Shown here: positions 55,469-58,814 of the stretch, in pieces
Numbering within the stretch: position 1 is the first letter of the stretch
How the letters are laid out: each line of letters begins with the position of its first letter
IMG/VR virus record: IMGVR_UViG_3300044679_000035
Location: 1 to 58,814 of that record
Direction: 5' to 3' (one strand)
Origin: a virus
Lineage: Duplodnaviria; Caudoviricetes
DNA: 58,814 nt
Notes under the pieces: generated by a model
What the model was told of the DNA's origin: nothing
What the model saw: the letters and a program-made list of their open reading frames with translations, nothing else
Databases searched by the model: none
Made by a program: the position numbers and the translations under genes

Positions 55469-56422
55469 CTATTTTGCCTCCGGTGCATAGACGCTCACGG
55501 TCTTGAACGTAGTCGGCTTCACGCTGTAGGCGCCGCGCGACTGCTGCTTGATCTTTACCTTGACGCCGTGGGGCAGGAGGATTTCGTCGTTGTCTTCCGC
55601 CAGCGCGAGGAACCGGGCTTTGAGTTCCTTCTCCGCCCGCTCATGCCCGAGCCGTTCCGCGCTGTGATAGTTCAGCATCCGAGCGTCTTCCATCAGCGCA
55701 ATCCGGGTCTTGTCGCCCGCGTCCTCAATCGCCAGCCCGTCGCCTTCGTGAGCCCCGACCAGCGTGGACAGGTCCAGCTTCTTGCCTTCGACGGTCGTGA
55801 ACAGCTTGGTCAGCAGCGGGACTTCGATGGGGGCGCCGAACGGGGCCGGCTCGCGTCCGGCATCGACATCGGCCAGCATCTCGCGGGCCTTCGTTTCGAG
55901 CAGTTCCCACAGGTCCGGCATCGGTTTTCGCTGGAAGTAGAACATCTCGCCGGCGCACCAGACCCCGATGACGCCCCACTTATAGGGAACGCCGCCTTCG
56001 CCGACAAACATTTGCGTTTGAAGTTGAATTTCGATCTCGCGCGGGACCGTCTTGCCGCCCCCCCACTTCTCCATCCAGATATTGTAGGCGAAACAACATT
56101 TCGCATCGAGCGCGCCGGGGCCGCGATCAGGACAGATGATCGTGGCATCCCGCGTGCAGCCAAGCGGCCCACGGCTCACATAAGGTTCGTTTCCTTCCGC
56201 ATCCACGTTAGGGTGGACCTCGAAATGTAGCTCCCTAGATGCTCTTTTCAGGACGTAGGGCTGTAGATATTTACCTGCTGCCATCCTGTTGTCCTCAGGG
56301 TTCGGGATTTCCTCGCCGTACTTCAGCCAGCGGTAAAGCGTCCAACGCGTCATATACGGGGACGCATCGACGAGCGCGCTGGCTTGCGTGGCGGAGATGG
56401 TCTTGCGGGTCGCGTCAGGCAT
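55469..56422 (-). CDS. YqaJ-like (lambda exonuclease-type) nuclease
   Basis: 'ISATQASAL...PYMT...LY', 'LGCTRDA', 'LDAKC', 'IQLQTQM'; near recT. Confidence 0.75.
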   Translation of the reverse strand: MPDATRKTISATQASALVDASPYMTRWTLYRWLKYGEEIPNPEDNRMAAGKYLQPYVLKRASRELHFEVHPNVDAEGNEPYVSRGPLGCTRDATIICPDRGPGALDAKCCFAYNIWMEKWGGGKTVPREIEIQLQTQMFVGEGGVPYKWGVIGVWCAGEMFYFQRKPMPDLWELLETKAREMLADVDAGREPAPFGAPIEVPLLTKLFTTVEGKKLDLSTLVGAHEGDGLAIEDAGDKTRIALMEDARMLNYHSAERLGHERAEKELKARFLALAEDNDEILLPHGVKVKIKQQSRGAYSVKPTTFKTVSVYAPEAK

Positions 56423-56633
56423 CGACGGGCACAATCTCAAAATCGTTGTCGATGATCTGCTCAATGGGCTGGCCCGTCGCATCGCGCATCGCCAGCGTCA
56501 TCGGAGCAATCCCGCCGCCGAGCATGGCCTTAATGATCGCGGTCGCGGCTTCGGCGTTCTGCGGGCCGCCAAAGTGCATACGCCGCCGCACTCGCATCGT
56601 CACGTCGAAAACCCAAACCTTTGGTTCAGTCAC
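56415..56633 (-). CDS. hypothetical protein
   Basis: GTG start with GGGAGG RBS. Confidence 0.5.
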   Translation of the reverse strand: MTEPKVWVFDVTMRVRRRMHFGGPQNAEAATAIIKAMLGGGIAPMTLAMRDATGQPIEQIIDNDFEIVPVDA

Positions 56634-56901
56634 GGCCAACCTCCCTTTTTTTGATGATTGCCCACAGTTTTGCAGCGTGGGCGTCCGGGCAGCAGATAAA
56701 GAATTGCCACGGGTTAACGTTGAACCGCTCCCACAGCAGTTGTAGCTCGCGCGGCGTCCGATCACGCGCGTCCGGGATCGTCGGCTCGAACTCCCATCTG
56801 TCGATGTTGCACAGGATGCGCAGTCGCGCGTGAAATCGGCGCATCTCGGGATCGTCAGCGGTCATAGCAGCTTGTTCTCCAGCGATTGCAGTGTTGCTCA
56901 T
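56626..56901 (-). CDS. hypothetical protein
   Basis: GAGG RBS; tight packing. Confidence 0.55.
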   Translation of the reverse strand: MSNTAIAGEQAAMTADDPEMRRFHARLRILCNIDRWEFEPTIPDARDRTPRELQLLWERFNVNPWQFFICCPDAHAAKLWAIIKKREVGRD

Positions 56902-57077
56902 TTCAGATACCTCAGACCTTCGTAGGTTATGCGCCACGATCCGTTCGACAGGATGCACCAGCGGCGACGCTCACATGCCCGGACGGTCGAATTGCCGTAA
57001 CCGGCGAAGGCGGGGCGCACGCCACCGAGCTTCTGCAGCTTCAGGAGAAACCCGTACTGTGGTCGCGTCGGTGTCAT
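56898..57077 (-). CDS. small hypothetical protein
   Basis: ATGA overlaps; ends 'WRITYEGLRYLK'. Confidence 0.5.
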   Translation of the reverse strand: MTPTRPQYGFLLKLQKLGGVRPAFAGYGNSTVRACERRRWCILSNGSWRITYEGLRYLK

Positions 57078-57184
57078 TTGCACAGCAGCCTCCACGCGGC
57101 CCAGTAGCAGAGTGCGCTGCAGCCCAAGATGATGACGGCGCAAAGCCAGACCGGGAGCGGAGAATTTTGGCGGTCGCCGTTCAT
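57074..57184 (-). CDS. single-TM peptide
   Basis: 'VWLCAVIILGCSALCYWAAW'. Confidence 0.45.
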   Translation of the reverse strand: MNGDRQNSPLPVWLCAVIILGCSALCYWAAWRLLCK

Positions 57185-57762
57185 GTGCGTGCCTCCGCGG
57201 AAGGGTTGCCGGGACTGGCGGCCAGCACCCTTCGCGTTCGCGTGCAGATTCGAAGCCCATGAAGCAGGCATGTCACGACGCCATTTTCGTCAGGCGATAT
57301 GTGGTGCAGCGGCGCGCCACGATGCGGACAAATAAGGCCGCGCGGGCCTTCCGCAACCGGCCGACCGGCAAAATGCTTTTGCACTACGCCAAACCGCTCC
57401 GGGGATCGGACTTCCTCCGGCATCTGGATAGCCCTTTTGCACTTGAACCTTTTCAAGGTTGTCTCAGCAGGAACCGGCAAGCCGCGCTGGAAAAGAGGCC
57501 ACGCGAACATCTGCGCATCCGGGGTTAGTAGTGAGTACAGGGTCTCGCGCGCCTTTTTATACCCGTTCGTCGGCGTGAATCTCCAATCGTGATGATAGTG
57601 GATGTCTGGGAAACGGAGCAGTTCAGCGTCTTCGTGGGCCGAGCCAAGAACCGGCCACCACGCGACTTTCTCAAAGAACCGATACCAGATCGCCGGGACC
57701 ATGTAGTATTGCCCGACGATCGGATCGCCGATGGTGTCGTCTAGTATCCTGGTCCGGCTCAT
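57181..57762 (-). CDS. protein with C-terminal Rieske-type [2Fe-2S] motif
   Basis: 'CPHRGAPL...VVTCLLHG' = CxH...CxxH; N-terminal 'H.D...F...HYHHDWRF'. Confidence 0.7.
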   Translation of the reverse strand: MSRTRILDDTIGDPIVGQYYMVPAIWYRFFEKVAWWPVLGSAHEDAELLRFPDIHYHHDWRFTPTNGYKKARETLYSLLTPDAQMFAWPLFQRGLPVPAETTLKRFKCKRAIQMPEEVRSPERFGVVQKHFAGRPVAEGPRGLICPHRGAPLHHISPDENGVVTCLLHGLRICTRTRRVLAASPGNPSAEART

Positions 57763-57766
57763 TTGA

Positions 57767-57904
57767 CTACCTCGCACACAAAACGACGGCCCAGATCCAC
57801 GCCGACACGACGATTGCCGTGAGTGCCGCGACACCGATGATGGTCCGCCAGAACTCGGAAATCAGGTGCGGGCGACGGCGCTTCGGCATGTAGATAGGAA
57901 TCAT
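57767..57904 (-). CDS. 45-aa single-TM peptide
   Basis: MIPIYMPKRRRPHLISEFWRTIIGVAALTAIVVSAWIWAVVLCAR, read from sequence. Confidence 0.45.
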   Translation of the reverse strand: MIPIYMPKRRRPHLISEFWRTIIGVAALTAIVVSAWIWAVVLCAR

Positions 57905-58188
57905 TCCCCCATCTCCAGGCCCCGTCGGATTTCCTCAAGCGTTTCGCCGCCTCTGATAATCGAAATGATGCAGCGAAAATCGGCATCGATTTCGCCTGCC
58001 CTCGCCATTTGCACGATTTTCTCGCAGCGGTTGCGTTCTTCCGCTAATCGTTCCGAAGCTTCGGTGGAAAGCATGGTTGCGATGCGTCGGATTAATTCAC
58101 CCTGTGCGACTTCTGGCCTGCATCCTCGCATATCATCTTCCCACTCTGACACCAAAGCGACGGCGCGTTCTGTTGGTAGATTACTCAT
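57901..58188 (-). CDS. hypothetical protein
   Basis: AAGGAG RBS; 'EERNRCEKIV'. Confidence 0.55.
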   Translation of the reverse strand: MSNLPTERAVALVSEWEDDMRGCRPEVAQGELIRRIATMLSTEASERLAEERNRCEKIVQMARAGEIDADFRCIISIIRGGETLEEIRRGLEMGE

Positions 58189-58232
58189 TCCCGGCTCCTT
58201 CCGTGTCGCTCATCTGCGGTCACTCCCGCGTG

Positions 58233-58814
58233 TTATGACGTTTTCCCGGTCACGGCTACCGCACCAACAGGCACTGTTCCATCTGCTTCATGTTGCGCCA
58301 TTGTCTCGATGTACGCGAGCGCCCACGCATCTGGAATTGCGCCGAAATTCTGGAGCGGCCAACCCGGATGCGCGGCGTCATGGATCAGCGCGGCAGCGCC
58401 AGCAAATCCAACTTTCTTTCTGAGATTCCATCCAGCTTCGCCGGCCAGACTCACCAAATGTCCAGCACAGCACATTGGTGTGTTGCAAAGGCTCGGTTCT
58501 GGCGTTGGAGAATTTTCCGGACCCCATGTTGATTGTTTGAAGGTTCGCTTACCCGCGTTTATTTCGGCGAGCATCCTAGAATACGGCTTATCGAGAACGG
58601 GAATTTCGCCGAGCCCGGCCCTGAGGTCGCTCGGGGTCCAGCCGGCCGCCATGAGGTCGCTCGGGGTCCAGCCGGCCGCCCTGAGGGCGCTCGGGGTCCA
58701 GCCGGCCGCCATGAGGTCGCTCGGGGTCCAGCCGGCCGCCATGAGGTCGCTCGGGGTCCAGCCGGCCGCCATGAGGGCGCTCGGGGTCCAGCCGGCCGCC
58801 ATGAGGTCGCTCGG
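58233..58814 (-). CDS. decapeptide-repeat protein (5' truncated by window end)
   Basis: (L[M/R]AAGWTPS[D/A])n followed by 'CNTPMCCAGHLVSLAGEAG' domain. Confidence 0.7.
   Translation of the reverse strand, partial: PSDLMAAGWTPSALMAAGWTPSDLMAAGWTPSDLMAAGWTPSALRAAGWTPSDLMAAGWTPSDLRAGLGEIPVLDKPYSRMLAEINAGKRTFKQSTWGPENSPTPEPSLCNTPMCCAGHLVSLAGEAGWNLRKKVGFAGAAALIHDAAHPGWPLQNFGAIPDAWALAYIETMAQHEADGTVPVGAVAVTGKTS
58621..58814. repeat. 30-bp tandem repeat, 6 full units plus a partial
   Basis: (A/C)TGAGG(T/G)CGCTCGGGGTCCAGCCGGCCGCC head to tail, no spacers. Confidence 0.95.

Noticed and set aside
58621-58814. 30-bp repeats as a CRISPR array
   Set aside because: Head-to-tail with no spacers, in-frame coding, no cas genes

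Overview
The window is most of a GC-rich tailed-phage or prophage genome with podovirus-type (BPP-1/epsilon15-like) head and tail genes. The host is probably an alphaproteobacterium, inferred from the tRNA type and the IS1595 passenger genes. The + strand (416-49500) carries a replication initiator, TerS/TerL, portal, scaffold, a tRNA-Met(CAU), an inserted 2.8-kb IS1595-family transposon with passengers, the major capsid and decoration proteins, four signal-peptide-bearing fibre/spike-like proteins, four paralogous tail-adaptor genes interleaved with DUF1643 and two DNA methyltransferases, a nozzle, ejection proteins including a 2603-aa polyvalent protein, and a lysis module. The - strand (49514-58814) is an early accessory/recombination arm: RecT, SMC-like ATPase, RtcB, YqaJ-like nuclease, a Rieske-motif protein and a decapeptide-repeat protein cut by the window end. 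I recognised no integrase, repressor, CRISPR array or reverse transcriptase. The most striking observations are: (1) two independent loci where alternative accessory genes are stacked between duplicated flanking-gene ends and joined by in-frame chimeric mini-ORFs; (2) a scaffold-like RxxxLY(xHPRS) motif shared by three small proteins, a possible capsid-loading tag; (3) Sec-signal-bearing, Cys-rich virion-type proteins; (4) a multi-ring tail from four adaptor paralogs; (5) a putative counter-defence set (altered tRNA-fMet, RtcB, Gp49-family fusion). All family assignments come from motif recognition by eye, not from database searches.
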